In this document: in pieces, positions 23,638 through 34,162 of the stretch
Layout of the letters: every line of letters begins with the position of its first letter
Position numbering within the stretch: position 1 is the first letter of the stretch
IMG/VR virus record: IMGVR_UViG_3300008007_000037
Location: 1 to 37,134 of that record
Strand: one strand, 5' to 3'
DNA length: 37,134 bases
Source of the DNA: a virus
Lineage: Duplodnaviria > Caudoviricetes
The notes under the pieces: generated by a model
Seen by the model: only the letters and a program-made list of their open reading frames with translations
Told to the model about the DNA's origin: nothing
The model's database searches: none
Position numbers and translations under genes: made by a program

Positions 23638-25674
23638 TTACGGCATCAAATATGCCTCAACATCTACCATGGTTTTCACCCCAGAGGTAAACATTGGATT
23701 GATGCTTTTGATCACATATTTAGCATCGCGCTGGCGCAAAATGGTCAATGGCGTGATGCTTTGTATTTCTTCATCTGTGAGCAATAGCTTCATTGATGTA
23801 TCTCTAGCGCTGAGCAATGCATTATACCAGCGCTTAAAATCTGCATGCACAGGCAGCGCATCATTAAACTTCAATGATTTACTCGCAATAGCATCACCGG
23901 CATAATCGGTAGCTAATTGGCTGGCATAAGGGTAATCGTTATCTTCGCTATCCTTTTGCATTCCATGATAAATTAGCAGCTTAATTGCGTTGGTCTCAAA
24001 ACGCTCATATGTAGTATCGAAAAACAAAATATCTTTCGAAACGGGTTGATTTACATAAGGTATCAACCATTCTCTTGCCGCAAGTGATGTGATGTCTTCT
24101 TCATCAATCATTTCAATATCTGCGCAAGCAGTAGTGGCATCATTTGCTCCATTGCCTACTTCATAAATATCTTTTAATCGCTCATAAAATACCCACGTAG
24201 TAGCATTAAATTGATAAATAGCACGCTCGCTTACCACGTGTGCTAAATCTTGAAAAACAGCATTTACAGTATCAAGTTCTGCAGCGGTATCAGCAGTTTG
24301 AGTTACCGTATATTCATAGATGCTCTTATTACTAGAAGTAACTTCATCTGCACTATCTATACTGCTACCAATTGTAAAACCAGATCCGTATTCAGGTTGA
24401 AAACTTATCTCTGGCACGCCTACCAGTTTACCATCTATCTCAAAATATTTGCGCGAATCAAGTATTTCATTCAGGTAGTTTACCTGCACCTCATTGGTGC
24501 GGCTATCAATAAAAAACACTACTCCTATGGCTTTTTCTATGGCTCGCAAAAAATCATTTACATTGATGGAAGGCAAAAACGGTCCTACATTTATTTGCAT
24601 AGGCTCACCCATGTCTGGAAACCATTGTATGAATCGCTTCATATCATAGATGCAATTGGTGAATAGCAAAAGGCTGTTAAACCAATCATTGCTCCATAGC
24701 GCGCCACGGTAAGTGAAGTCTATTTGATTAAAAACACCTTTAAGAATATAGCTCAAACGATACAATGGGCTCACGATACGACCAGATGTTTGCTGATAAC
24801 CGTAAGTGGGATGATAGTGATTGATGTAATAACGCGCCATGCTTTCAGGATTGGCATCATTGCGCATGCATGGAAAAACCAATGGCTGAGATGTATCTGT
24901 GATGCAATCATCCATAAATGATTCCCACAGATCATAAATATCGGTTTCGCCCGTGCGCTCATCGGTGCAATCCCATCCAGCTTGGCCATTTATGCTGCTC
25001 ACCAAAAACTCTTGCGCACCTGGTTCGCCATAATAAAAGAGCGTATTGATCAATCGTATTTCTACATCGCTCAAACGCTCAGCATAAAAAGGAATGGTGC
25101 CAGCAGCGTATTGATCATTGATATCGTCAACTATTGGCTGCACTTCTGGTGAACTCATGCCATCCCATGTATTGGTAATATCGATTGTTTTCCAACCACT
25201 TAATGAAGCATCAACGCGCTCGCGAAAATCCGTGTCAACGTAGTACACCGTTAAATCTTCGGTGCCAGTCATTTCTACTATTACAGATGGCAGCATGCGA
25301 TCTTTATAGCTCACTGGTTGCCAATCGATATCTCTGATGTTCGTAGATTTCAATTCTTGGCTCAATATGCTTGGTCCGCTTATAAGATAGACTTGAATGT
25401 TTTTTTTGACCGATTTAACCACCAATTTGCCATTGGAAAGAAAGTTATTGTTGAGAAATACTGTGCAGTCTACTCTATGGCCGCCAGCACTCACCAATTT
25501 ATCACCAGGAAAACCTAAGATAGCATGGTTTTTTGGTGTGTCGGCCAGCACAAATGGCAAATCAGAATATTCGCCATAGATGCTATTGGCTGAAAAAATA
25601 GGTGATGTTTTTAGCAGCGAAATATTTTGGCTGGCAATATCAAGCCATTCGCTACCCACTTTTATGGCAATCAT
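23638..25674 (-). CDS. Tail tip/baseplate hub protein
   Basis: 678 aa, second gene after TMP; GEYSDLPFVLADTPKNHAILG N-terminal motif typical of such tail proteins. Confidence 0.7.
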   Translation of the reverse strand: MIAIKVGSEWLDIASQNISLLKTSPIFSANSIYGEYSDLPFVLADTPKNHAILGFPGDKLVSAGGHRVDCTVFLNNNFLSNGKLVVKSVKKNIQVYLISGPSILSQELKSTNIRDIDWQPVSYKDRMLPSVIVEMTGTEDLTVYYVDTDFRERVDASLSGWKTIDITNTWDGMSSPEVQPIVDDINDQYAAGTIPFYAERLSDVEIRLINTLFYYGEPGAQEFLVSSINGQAGWDCTDERTGETDIYDLWESFMDDCITDTSQPLVFPCMRNDANPESMARYYINHYHPTYGYQQTSGRIVSPLYRLSYILKGVFNQIDFTYRGALWSNDWFNSLLLFTNCIYDMKRFIQWFPDMGEPMQINVGPFLPSINVNDFLRAIEKAIGVVFFIDSRTNEVQVNYLNEILDSRKYFEIDGKLVGVPEISFQPEYGSGFTIGSSIDSADEVTSSNKSIYEYTVTQTADTAAELDTVNAVFQDLAHVVSERAIYQFNATTWVFYERLKDIYEVGNGANDATTACADIEMIDEEDITSLAAREWLIPYVNQPVSKDILFFDTTYERFETNAIKLLIYHGMQKDSEDNDYPYASQLATDYAGDAIASKSLKFNDALPVHADFKRWYNALLSARDTSMKLLLTDEEIQSITPLTILRQRDAKYVIKSINPMFTSGVKTMVDVEAYLMP

Positions 25675-27251
25675 GCGCTGTGATGTTTGTTTTTCCTAGA
25701 TTCTACAAATGATATGTTTACTACATATCCACTCTCTCTGGTTTGTGATTTGGTGATTCTGCGCGATGTAAGCACTATAGGCTCAAAATCATTATTGTTG
25801 GCTACATATGTGCGCTCGCTCAGCAATAAATCGCGCATGTGGTTTGCCCAGGCTTTTGGAATTACGGGTGAAGTTACTTCCCACTGTTTATTATCATCAG
25901 TGATCAATGCCAAGTTTTGTGGCGCATACTTGCTGTCAAATGGCGTAATGCTGCCATCAATCACATTGGCATTTACCTCATCGGTTTTGGTTAAACCAAC
26001 AAAACGCTGACACTCAAGCACACCAAACGAATTGAAAAAGTAGATGAATGATGTGTCTAAGCGTGGTACAAATTCAAGTTTATAAGTGCGAATCTCACTT
26101 TCAAAACTGTTTTCGTTAGTGGCTTGCACTTTAAAATAAAGCACTGTTTTAGCGCCATCTGCATTGGCCAATGCCGTTTCAGTATAGTTAATAGGAAAGC
26201 AAAGCACGCTTGAAGCTGTGGTGCTGATGCTGTATGCCTCTATCCAATCACTGGAGCTGCCATCGCTGTAGTAAATCTTTACATTGAGTGCATATGTCTC
26301 TGTTTCTGCTGCGTACAGATACAAGTAATCGCGCTGATTTGTATCAATGGTTTTGCTGGTAGGCGCCCATGTTAAGAATCGGCCAGCGCTAAGCCAATCG
26401 GCCCAAATTTCAGGATTGGTATACACAAATGGAAACTGTGTACCGCCATTCATCGCTATCCAAACGGTGCTTGGTCTGGTGACTTGTGTAGCACGTGCAG
26501 GATCGCCAAACTTTTCAGCGTGAGATACCTTAAATCTAACCACATTGGCATTGATTTCTTGCACATCATTTAGCGTATATGATGGTAAATCGTAGCTGAA
26601 ATAGCGCTTTAAGAATCGCCCAACATCAAACCAAGCAGCATTTAATATTTCAAGGCCACTACCGCTAGTGCTTGATTCACTTTGATCATATACCGGAGCA
26701 TTTAACTGCACCAATTTATTGAAAGTGCCACTCAAATATGTTTCTTCAATATGAAGATCTAACAACACACGGTGATTGGTAGCAATGGAAATAGCCACGC
26801 CATTTACCAAATCATAGTCTACCATCCATGATACACTTTCTGTAAGCGAAATATCATATTCTGGACCGTAATTTTTAGCCGTAAATACCAATAGATGTTC
26901 GCCACCATCGCCCAATTGATAGCTCAAAGTAAAATAGGTGCTGATGTAATAATTGAGCGCTAAATCAACCGCAAGCACATTTTGAATATAAAGGGCAGTG
27001 CTCACAGCTCCTGCGTTAGTTCTGAATTGCAAACCGCTTTCGTCAATAGATGCTGCGCAGGTAAATGTTTGCTCTATGCCATCAAAATCAAGTGTAAAAC
27101 TATCTGATGCGCTTGGGTTTCCTGTAATTCGAATACGCTTGCGCGAATAAGTACCAGTGTTGCCAAATGCATTGTCGGCTTTAATGCCAAACATCAATGG
27201 ATCATCACTAAGTGAAAGCGCTGGTGGATATGTAGTTAATGTGGTGCTCAT
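25671..27251 (-). CDS. Distal tail-like structural protein
   Basis: Directly after TMP; FFNSFGVLECQRFVG and DLLLSERTY motifs. Confidence 0.68.
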   Translation of the reverse strand: MSTTLTTYPPALSLSDDPLMFGIKADNAFGNTGTYSRKRIRITGNPSASDSFTLDFDGIEQTFTCAASIDESGLQFRTNAGAVSTALYIQNVLAVDLALNYYISTYFTLSYQLGDGGEHLLVFTAKNYGPEYDISLTESVSWMVDYDLVNGVAISIATNHRVLLDLHIEETYLSGTFNKLVQLNAPVYDQSESSTSGSGLEILNAAWFDVGRFLKRYFSYDLPSYTLNDVQEINANVVRFKVSHAEKFGDPARATQVTRPSTVWIAMNGGTQFPFVYTNPEIWADWLSAGRFLTWAPTSKTIDTNQRDYLYLYAAETETYALNVKIYYSDGSSSDWIEAYSISTTASSVLCFPINYTETALANADGAKTVLYFKVQATNENSFESEIRTYKLEFVPRLDTSFIYFFNSFGVLECQRFVGLTKTDEVNANVIDGSITPFDSKYAPQNLALITDDNKQWEVTSPVIPKAWANHMRDLLLSERTYVANNNDFEPIVLTSRRITKSQTRESGYVVNISFVESRKNKHHSA

Positions 27252-29446
27252 AGCGTTGCGTTGTTTTGAATTGCGTTCAGATCAGTTTGAACCTTGGTGA
27301 TTTGTCTCACTTCATAATCATCATAGCGAGCAAATAAGCCATTTTGAAGTGTTTGATTAAGTGCTATTACTGCATTTACCAGCATATCTTGTCCAGCACT
27401 TGGCGCAGTGCTATCGCTTACAAAACCACCCGTGGCGTAGCCGCGCATACCTTGCTTACGCGCATGCTCTAAATAGTTGAGCGTATTGGCATATGCTGGT
27501 GATGTGGTCATCCATGCAGGTACAACATATTCATTGGCATGCACCACACCTGCAGGTTTATGACCTGAGCTATCTGGCGAGCCAAAACCACTACCGGTGA
27601 AACCACCAACCGCAAAACTCGGTGCTGCTGTGGGTGTATAGGTTGGTAAGGGTTCAGAAAGTAACTTTTTGGCCTGAGCTATATTAGCGAATATGGTAGC
27701 TGACATAGATAAAAATTGCGCAATACCAGCACCGCCAAACGTAACCGCATTTGCAGGATTAGCAGATGATGCTGCGGTGGCAGATGAAATTGCCTTGGCT
27801 GTATCAACACCAATTTGCAATAGGGCTGCAGTACGGGCAAGCTTAGCACCACGCACTGTGTCACGGCCTACCAAGTCGCTAAATGCATACAGTAAATCAG
27901 CACCGCTTGATACAATAGCTCTTTGTTGCTCACCACGCCATCGTGCTAATTCCATTTGTTTTTTAGCTTGTTCCTCATCGGCCTTAAGTTCTAAATCACG
28001 ATATTTTTTATTGATCGCTGAAATGTCGTTTTCAAGCTTTTCAGTAAATACCTTGGTATCAAGCCCGTATTTTTCAGCTAGCGCAGCCTTTTCTTCATAT
28101 GCTTGCATCAGAGCGGCAATTTCTCTATCCATTGCACTGAGCTGGATCATATACATTTCATCTTCTAGCAACTGACGCGCTTCAATGTCTTTAATGCGTT
28201 GCTCTTCTTTTTTCTGGTTTTCTTGTTCTAATGCTTTTGCTGCCTTTTCTTTTTCAGAAGCTGCCTCGCGCATGAGCGTGTTTACTTCGGCTTGCAGTGT
28301 TTTTTGTAGTTTGAGCGATGCGGCTTCTTTGTTTGCCAAGTCCACTTGAGCATCAGCTAATCGGTCATAATCTTCGGCCATCGATTCGCCCAATGCAATT
28401 TGCTCGGATATAATGCGCACCCTTTCGCGTGCGGCTGCAAGTTGGTTTGCATTTAGCTCCTGCTCCATTTTTACCGCATCGGTCAGTGCTTTTAAGCGAT
28501 CTTCATAACTAAGCGTTTCATCTTCTACTAATAATCGCTTAGCGCGAATATCTCTACGGGTTTCTGCTTCTTCTACCCTTAGCTCACGTTCACGGTCTAC
28601 TAAGCGCTGCATAGCTGCTTCAAGTTCATAAGCTGCACGTGCTTCTGCATTTATTTCTTCAATAACACTGGTAGTAGAATCAATGAGTGCGTTGGTAGCA
28701 TCTACCACGCCTTCAATGATCATGGCGGTGGGGTTAATACCTCTATTCAAATCAATGAATGCATCACCAGCGGCTTGCGATGCGGCTTTAAATTCACCTT
28801 CAAACAACAGATTGAGCGCATTTCCAAAACCGCTTATGGATTTCATAACCAACTCAATGCGGCTTTGAACAAAGGTTTGGATTAGATTACCAAAGTCTTT
28901 GATGGCTTTTTGTGGTGAGCTGATGGCGTTAATGATGGTTTCGCCTAGGGCACTGAATCGATCAATAAGCACAGCAGTGGTGGCTTTGATACCAGCCATA
29001 ACTCTATCAAGCAACTCGGCACCGCGCTTGGTGCTGGTAAAATAGCTGATCAAGCTGGCCAGTGCTATAATGAGCAAGCCAATACCAGTGGCGGCAATAG
29101 CGCCTTTCAGTGATACAAATGATAGGCGCACAAGATTTACAGCCGCTTTTGTTTTACCCAAAACACCATTTACCACAGCAAGCTCGCGGCTAAATAAGCC
29201 AGATTGAGTTACCAATTCTTTTTGTTGCTGAGTAACTGCGCCCAGGTTTGCTTTGTGCTCCTTAAGCTGACCATCAATTTGCTTGTATTTTTCGGTGGCT
29301 TTGATGTATTCATCACTACCAATTTTCATATCCTTTAGCGCATTGTTGATTTGGCGCTTTTGGTTGAGCAAATTGCGAAGCGTATTCTGTGCGCCTTTAT
29401 CATCAATGAAAATGGAATATTGAACTTTTTTTGCAGCAGTAGCCAT
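27248..29446 (-). CDS. Tail tape measure protein
   Basis: Long Ala/Glu-rich coiled coil, AIAATGIGLLIIAL segment, C-terminal FAVGGFTG...PAGVVHANEYVVP. Confidence 0.88.
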   Translation of the reverse strand: MATAAKKVQYSIFIDDKGAQNTLRNLLNQKRQINNALKDMKIGSDEYIKATEKYKQIDGQLKEHKANLGAVTQQQKELVTQSGLFSRELAVVNGVLGKTKAAVNLVRLSFVSLKGAIAATGIGLLIIALASLISYFTSTKRGAELLDRVMAGIKATTAVLIDRFSALGETIINAISSPQKAIKDFGNLIQTFVQSRIELVMKSISGFGNALNLLFEGEFKAASQAAGDAFIDLNRGINPTAMIIEGVVDATNALIDSTTSVIEEINAEARAAYELEAAMQRLVDRERELRVEEAETRRDIRAKRLLVEDETLSYEDRLKALTDAVKMEQELNANQLAAARERVRIISEQIALGESMAEDYDRLADAQVDLANKEAASLKLQKTLQAEVNTLMREAASEKEKAAKALEQENQKKEEQRIKDIEARQLLEDEMYMIQLSAMDREIAALMQAYEEKAALAEKYGLDTKVFTEKLENDISAINKKYRDLELKADEEQAKKQMELARWRGEQQRAIVSSGADLLYAFSDLVGRDTVRGAKLARTAALLQIGVDTAKAISSATAASSANPANAVTFGGAGIAQFLSMSATIFANIAQAKKLLSEPLPTYTPTAAPSFAVGGFTGSGFGSPDSSGHKPAGVVHANEYVVPAWMTTSPAYANTLNYLEHARKQGMRGYATGGFVSDSTAPSAGQDMLVNAVIALNQTLQNGLFARYDDYEVRQITKVQTDLNAIQNNATL

Positions 29447-29802
29447 TATGAACCAATTTTGATGGATAGAGCTACTTCATTATTGATGAATTGATCAACA
29501 ATGTTTTCAAGCTCAGATATGTGTGCGTTGATAGCTGGATTGTAAAAGTCAGTTGCTTTTCGGCTAGATGATTCGCCAACCTTAACGCCTCGGCCTACTG
29601 CTTTCATTACAAAAATGCCGTGCCTGGCAAAAGAAAATGTGATGCGCTCTGTGCGGCCATAGCGTTGCTTGGTTTTTACCTTAGCGCTATTGGCTAGCTC
29701 ACCATGATCACGTGGCATGCGTGTTTTCATAGATGCAAGCATCTTATCACCCACGGTTTTCACGTCTGCATTAAAGCGGCTTAAGTTCTCCCCTGTCAAC
29801 AT
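29446..29802 (-). CDS. Neck/tail-completion protein (HK97 gp10-like)
   Basis: MPRDHGELANS motif, basic, directly before TMP. Confidence 0.55.
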   Translation of the reverse strand: MLTGENLSRFNADVKTVGDKMLASMKTRMPRDHGELANSAKVKTKQRYGRTERITFSFARHGIFVMKAVGRGVKVGESSSRKATDFYNPAINAHISELENIVDQFINNEVALSIKIGS

Positions 29803-29806
29803 TATT

Positions 29807-29842
29807 CAAATTTAGGCATGCAAAATGGGGTGCGAAAGGACA
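29807..29842 (-). promoter_or_regulatory. Putative late promoter 4
   Basis: TGTCCTTTCGC...TAAATTTG, 4 nt before ATG 29802. Confidence 0.82.
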
Positions 29843-29892
29843 CGTAAAAATGTTAAATTTCAGTGTTTTTTGAATATTTTTCGTCTAAATAC

Positions 29893-29924
29893 TTGGACGG
29901 TATATGGTTTTTGTCTTATATTTG
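29893..29924 (+). promoter_or_regulatory. Host-type promoter of the plus-strand moron
   Basis: TTG at 29893 and TATATTTG at 29917-29924. Confidence 0.68.
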
Positions 29925-29973
29925 TTCTATAAGAAAAACACAAAGAAATACTAACAACAAAAACTTAGCAGTT

Positions 29974-30633
29974 ATGAAAACAATCAAATTAAACCAAATC
30001 GAAACCAAAGAAGACGAAGCGGTAATCTACGCAGCGATGGCCTACCGTTCGGAAAACACCGCTGATCCTATAACATCAGAACTGAGCTATCACTTAACAT
30101 TTGAAGCCGCTGAAGCTGCAGCAAAAGAGATTAATCTTGAAGTAGGATTTTCAGCCATTACCGAGCATTGCATTTTTGACTTAGAAGAAGTTACAGAGCT
30201 TTTTGAAAGTAAAGAAGAAATCGAACTAAGCGACTTAACAGAGTTGTATCACGAAAAAGATAATACGATAGAAGTAGCAACAAATGAAGGAACATCGGTA
30301 GTTGGCGATGTTATTATTAGCTGGAATTACGAAAAATATGTAGGATATGCTCGCAATTTTTCGCAAATAGGATATGGCGGTCAGTGGCCATTCAACGACT
30401 TTAAATATGAAAGCGACTTGATCACTGGTAACGAAGAGTCAAATTTTAGAACTAATTACTCTGTTTTGTTAACTGCTGACGAGCTTAGCGGCTTAACGGA
30501 TCAAGAAATTCTTGACGCTTGTAAATAAGCCTTGTATTCTGGCGATTGGAAGTGGAATCACTTCAAAAACAGACCAACGGAAGAAAAAATAATTGATGGT
30601 TTAAGCTTGACTATAACAGAAATTGAACTTTAA
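29974..30633 (+). CDS. Acidic hypothetical protein, probably interrupted by in-frame TAA at 30526
   Basis: MKTIKLNQ start; frame stays open for 34 codons after the stop (ALYSGDWKWNHFK...EIEL*). Confidence 0.65.
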
Positions 30634-30672
30634 AATCTCGCTAGTTTCTCGCTAAGTTCTAGCGAGGATGCG

Positions 30673-30701
30673 CCCCGATGGCCTTACGGCATCGGGGTTT
30701 T
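30673..30701 (+). terminator. Terminator-like hairpin between moron genes
   Basis: CCCCGATG-GCCTTACGG-CATCGGGG followed by a T run. Confidence 0.7.
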
Positions 30702-30722
30702 GCGCTGAAAAAAATATATGAT

Positions 30723-30989
30723 ATGGATCAATACTCAGAAATAGCACTGAAAAAAATAGGCGAAGGCGTGAAAATAATGATAAAAGCACGCAAAATACCT
30801 ATCGAACACCTGGCAGCACAAAGTGGAATTTCAAAACAAGTAATCTATAACATAATTAATGGGAAAGATTATCAAATCAGTTCGCTCATTAAAATATTCA
30901 GAATATTAAAAGTGCACATTGATTTTTCATTAATGGATTCGAAAAACAATATTATTGCTCAAAGCGGTGACAATATTTCGATGAATTAA
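30723..30989 (+). CDS. XRE-family HTH protein
   Basis: IEHLAAQSGISKQVIYNIINGKDYQISSLIKI; start reassigned to MDQYSE. Confidence 0.8.
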   Translation: MDQYSEIALKKIGEGVKIMIKARKIPIEHLAAQSGISKQVIYNIINGKDYQISSLIKIFRILKVHIDFSLMDSKNNIIAQSGDNISMN

Positions 30990-31628
30990 AAATTGTAGTC
31001 GCTATGCTTTTTTAGCAATGATGAAATATCACAATTATCTTTTTGCTTTTCTAAAAAAAGCTTTTTCAATACTTTATTAGCCACTTTCGAACTCTTTTCA
31101 AAACCTTCCGGCATGTGTATTTTCAAGTTATCTATAAATTCAGAATAGAATGCATAAATACGTTTGCTTTCGTCTATTTCAAAAGTCTCACAAGTAGCGT
31201 TTGCATTTAAATTCATGCTAGTTCTAATCACCACATTATGACTTTCGCCCTTAATCAATGTAAATTTTGCATGTATCTCGCTGGTCCTTATGTTTTCAGA
31301 TCCAAATAATTCTGTTAAAGTAACTGCATACTTGTCTGGTCACATAACTATGATCGGTAATTATCGTAAAATCAGTAATAAGTTTAGAATCTTTAAGCCA
31401 TGCTACTTTTTTGGCATCTTTTACACCAGCACTCCAAGTTACCACCTTTACAGAACTTGGTCCAATGATATCAAGCACGGCTTTTATAAGATCGATTAAT
31501 GAAAATTTACCCAAAGTAAGACCCATTATCCTTTTATCATGATCAAATCCATCTAAAACTTCTAAAGCTGATGAACTTGATACATAAAGAAAATCATCAA
31601 TATCCTTTTGGGTTAAATCTAAAGTCAT
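30986..31628 (-). pseudogene. Phospholipase D-like (HKD-type nuclease) gene split by a frameshift near 31330
   Basis: Joined frames read ...DHSYVTRQ/KYAVTLTELFGSENIRTSEIHAKFTLIKGESHNVVIRTSMNLN, with HxK and SxN motifs. Confidence 0.72.
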
Positions 31629-32128
31629 AATATCAACTCGGTTTCATCTTCGCTTAAATCAAGGTGAGGTTTTAAAAGAAATGGCATGCGAAAACCAATG
31701 ATGTTTGAACTGCTATGCTGTATGCGCTCAAGGCGCTGCACATCGGCTACCTTAAACATATTGTGAACAACGCTGCTGGGTAGTTTATCATCTTTGCGCA
31801 AGCGTGCCATCACAGACCGTAATACTGCGCGGCTATTATCCAATGCTTTGCGCATGTTGGCATACCTACCTTTTTCATTAAACTCATAAAATACGGTAAC
31901 ACCGCAATCAAAATAGTCTTGATAATTTTCAGAGCCTTCATCTACTGGCGTAATATCTGGAATATCAAGCACCATGCAAGGGTATTTTACATTGTCTTTT
32001 TTCTCCACAAACTCTTCATCGTCCATAAACGAAGGTTTAGCACCATCATCAATATGGTTAATGGCTTTTAATTCTCGGCTAAATGATTCGAAATAATCAT
32101 ACAAAGCAGATATGGTAAGTGTTGGCAT
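31625..32128 (-). CDS. Putative tail terminator/head-tail joining protein
   Basis: 167 aa, YPCMVLD motif, position in the morphogenesis operon. Confidence 0.5.
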   Translation of the reverse strand: MPTLTISALYDYFESFSRELKAINHIDDGAKPSFMDDEEFVEKKDNVKYPCMVLDIPDITPVDEGSENYQDYFDCGVTVFYEFNEKGRYANMRKALDNSRAVLRSVMARLRKDDKLPSSVVHNMFKVADVQRLERIQHSSSNIIGFRMPFLLKPHLDLSEDETELIL

Positions 32129-32130
32129 GG

Positions 32131-33066
32131 TTAAGCTGGTATTTGTTGTTTTCGGTTTTGCTCTTCGGCATTGCGCAATTCTTGGTTTAGCGAAAGCAGA
32201 AATACATGTGCAAGCACGTTTTTTGTTTGATCGTAAGTGCCAAACTTGGCTCCGCTGGTTGCCAATATGATTGGTCCAAAACCTTGCGGTTGTCCTGGTG
32301 CTGGTTTCTTGCCATCGCGTTTAAATACATACGGATATCTAAGCTCAAGCGCAGCGCGGTTGCTTTTATACCACATGAAAATGTAATACTTAAGCCCAAC
32401 CGGTAAATTCTTTAGCTTCTTAGCGCGGCCAATCACGGTAAACTCATCAAATGGCTCGCGTTTATCAGCAGTATTTTTTACGGCTTTCTTACTTGCTTTG
32501 CGATACATCACTGCAATCAATGCATCTATGTAATCATCATTGGCATCTACCTGCGCTTTCATAAAGAAGTTATCTGCATAGCGCAGTTCATCAATGGTCA
32601 TGTTGGCAAAGTTGGTATCAGGACCATGGTATACATCGCCCAAATAAGCTGGCCATCTAAACTGATGCAAGTGCTGCTTAGTAAGTAGCAACTTACGTTG
32701 AATAGCATCTACCTTGTCCTGGTAATCGTCAGGATGCATGCGATGGTTTAGCTGCAGATATGCATCTGTCATTCGATAATCTGCAAACACTACATCTGCC
32801 AATAGCATGAGCGTGGCAAGCTCAGTTGGCTCAGTATGTTTTCTGATGCGCTGCCATCGGTATTGATTCACACCCAGTAAGTATGGCATGAGGCGCACGC
32901 GCACATCTGCTTTTCTTGCTTCAAGCAAGGTTTCATTCTTAATGGTAGCATGCAAGCGCATAAACTCAACCACGGCACGGCTACAAACAATGGCTTGCAG
33001 CTTGGTCATTTCATTCCAAGTCTCCGGCACTTGATACACGCGGTGGTTTATGCTAACTTTTCTCAT
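32131..33066 (-). CDS. Conserved-type phage hypothetical protein
   Basis: VPETWNEMT start, LIAVMYR motif; in late operon. Confidence 0.6.
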   Translation of the reverse strand: MRKVSINHRVYQVPETWNEMTKLQAIVCSRAVVEFMRLHATIKNETLLEARKADVRVRLMPYLLGVNQYRWQRIRKHTEPTELATLMLLADVVFADYRMTDAYLQLNHRMHPDDYQDKVDAIQRKLLLTKQHLHQFRWPAYLGDVYHGPDTNFANMTIDELRYADNFFMKAQVDANDDYIDALIAVMYRKASKKAVKNTADKREPFDEFTVIGRAKKLKNLPVGLKYYIFMWYKSNRAALELRYPYVFKRDGKKPAPGQPQGFGPIILATSGAKFGTYDQTKNVLAHVFLLSLNQELRNAEEQNRKQQIPA

Positions 33067-33067
33067 G

Positions 33068-33592
33068 CTACAGCTTGCTATTAATGGTGTCTTGTTTGTC
33101 TTTGCTGCTTTTGCTGGTGCCGTAGTAGTAACTGAATATGTTACTAATTACCACACCTTCTATCATACCAATCAAGTGAATGAATAAATCATTATTCTCA
33201 ACATCATCGATAAATATCACAGCAAACACCATGATCATAAAACTGGCAAGCCCAACTAATCCGGTAACGGTCATCATCCAATCTTGACGGCCAGTTTTTG
33301 CCACTTCTATTTCACGATTGCGTGCGCTATTTCGGTCTTCTACTTCTAATCGGTATAGCTCAAGCTCAAATTCTTGCTCGCGTTGTCGCAATTCTATGAG
33401 CAATGGATCTGATAAATCTCTATCCTGATGATTCAAAAGCATTTCTTTGGTAGAAGCAATGGCACCAATGATGTTACCGCTTGCGGCTTGCATTCCAATC
33501 TGCAACAACTCTGGTCCTTTGTCCTTTAATTGCTCACCTGCTTTGGACAAAAATTGTCCAAACTTGGTGTCTTTTAGTGGCTTCTTTTCCAT
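33068..33592 (-). CDS. Holin (3TM-holin-like)
   Basis: Adjacent to endolysin; DRNSARNRE motif, two C-terminal TM segments, YYYGTSKSSKDK. Confidence 0.75.
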   Translation of the reverse strand: MEKKPLKDTKFGQFLSKAGEQLKDKGPELLQIGMQAASGNIIGAIASTKEMLLNHQDRDLSDPLLIELRQREQEFELELYRLEVEDRNSARNREIEVAKTGRQDWMMTVTGLVGLASFMIMVFAVIFIDDVENNDLFIHLIGMIEGVVISNIFSYYYGTSKSSKDKQDTINSKL

Positions 33593-33596
33593 GTGT

Positions 33597-34160
33597 TTAG
33601 AAATTAACTCTATTCAACCAACCATTGAAAAACTTTTCTTGTGATCGATCATTCACGCAGATGTTGTAATATCTCATGAACTGTAAACCATTCAGCGTTT
33701 TTAGCAATGCGGCTTCTTTTACCTTATTGTTTGCCACTTCCAATGTTTTTGGTCCAATCTTACCATCCACTCGTAAATCTGGATAGTTCAATCCATTTCT
33801 GTTGAGCACATTCAAAGATTCTTGTAAATACTTTGCCGCAGTGCCTGCACCTTGATTTACTGCAGTATCAAAAAGCTCTATACAAACAGCTTTTGACTCT
33901 ATAAAGTCAAGTGATAGTGGATTCCAAAACACGCGCTTGTAAAAATCAGCCGCATGAATCTTGAGCGTATGCAATTCGTCTTGCGTGAGTTCTCTTCCAG
34001 CTCGCTTGGCTTGATCAATAATTGCCCAACCAGACCATGTTGGATGAAATCTGCGTGCGATACCAAAGATGGTTTCACCACCTCTATCTGTCGAGTCATT
34101 CACATATCCACCTTCGTGAGCAAACATGTGATCAAAAGCCTCTTTGTAGTGTTCTTTCAT
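33597..34160 (-). CDS. Endolysin, glycoside hydrolase family 108 with peptidoglycan-binding domain
   Basis: HEGGYVND..DRGGETIFGI, LFDTAVNQG, VDGKIGPKTL, FFNGWLNRV. Confidence 0.92.
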   Translation of the reverse strand: MKEHYKEAFDHMFAHEGGYVNDSTDRGGETIFGIARRFHPTWSGWAIIDQAKRAGRELTQDELHTLKIHAADFYKRVFWNPLSLDFIESKAVCIELFDTAVNQGAGTAAKYLQESLNVLNRNGLNYPDLRVDGKIGPKTLEVANNKVKEAALLKTLNGLQFMRYYNICVNDRSQEKFFNGWLNRVNF

Positions 34161-34162
34161 GA

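Noticed and set aside
22695-30528. Stop-codon reassignment suggested by two in-frame TAA interruptions
   Set aside because: TAA is the normal terminator of many genes here and long genes are intact under the standard code; point mutations or errors are simpler.
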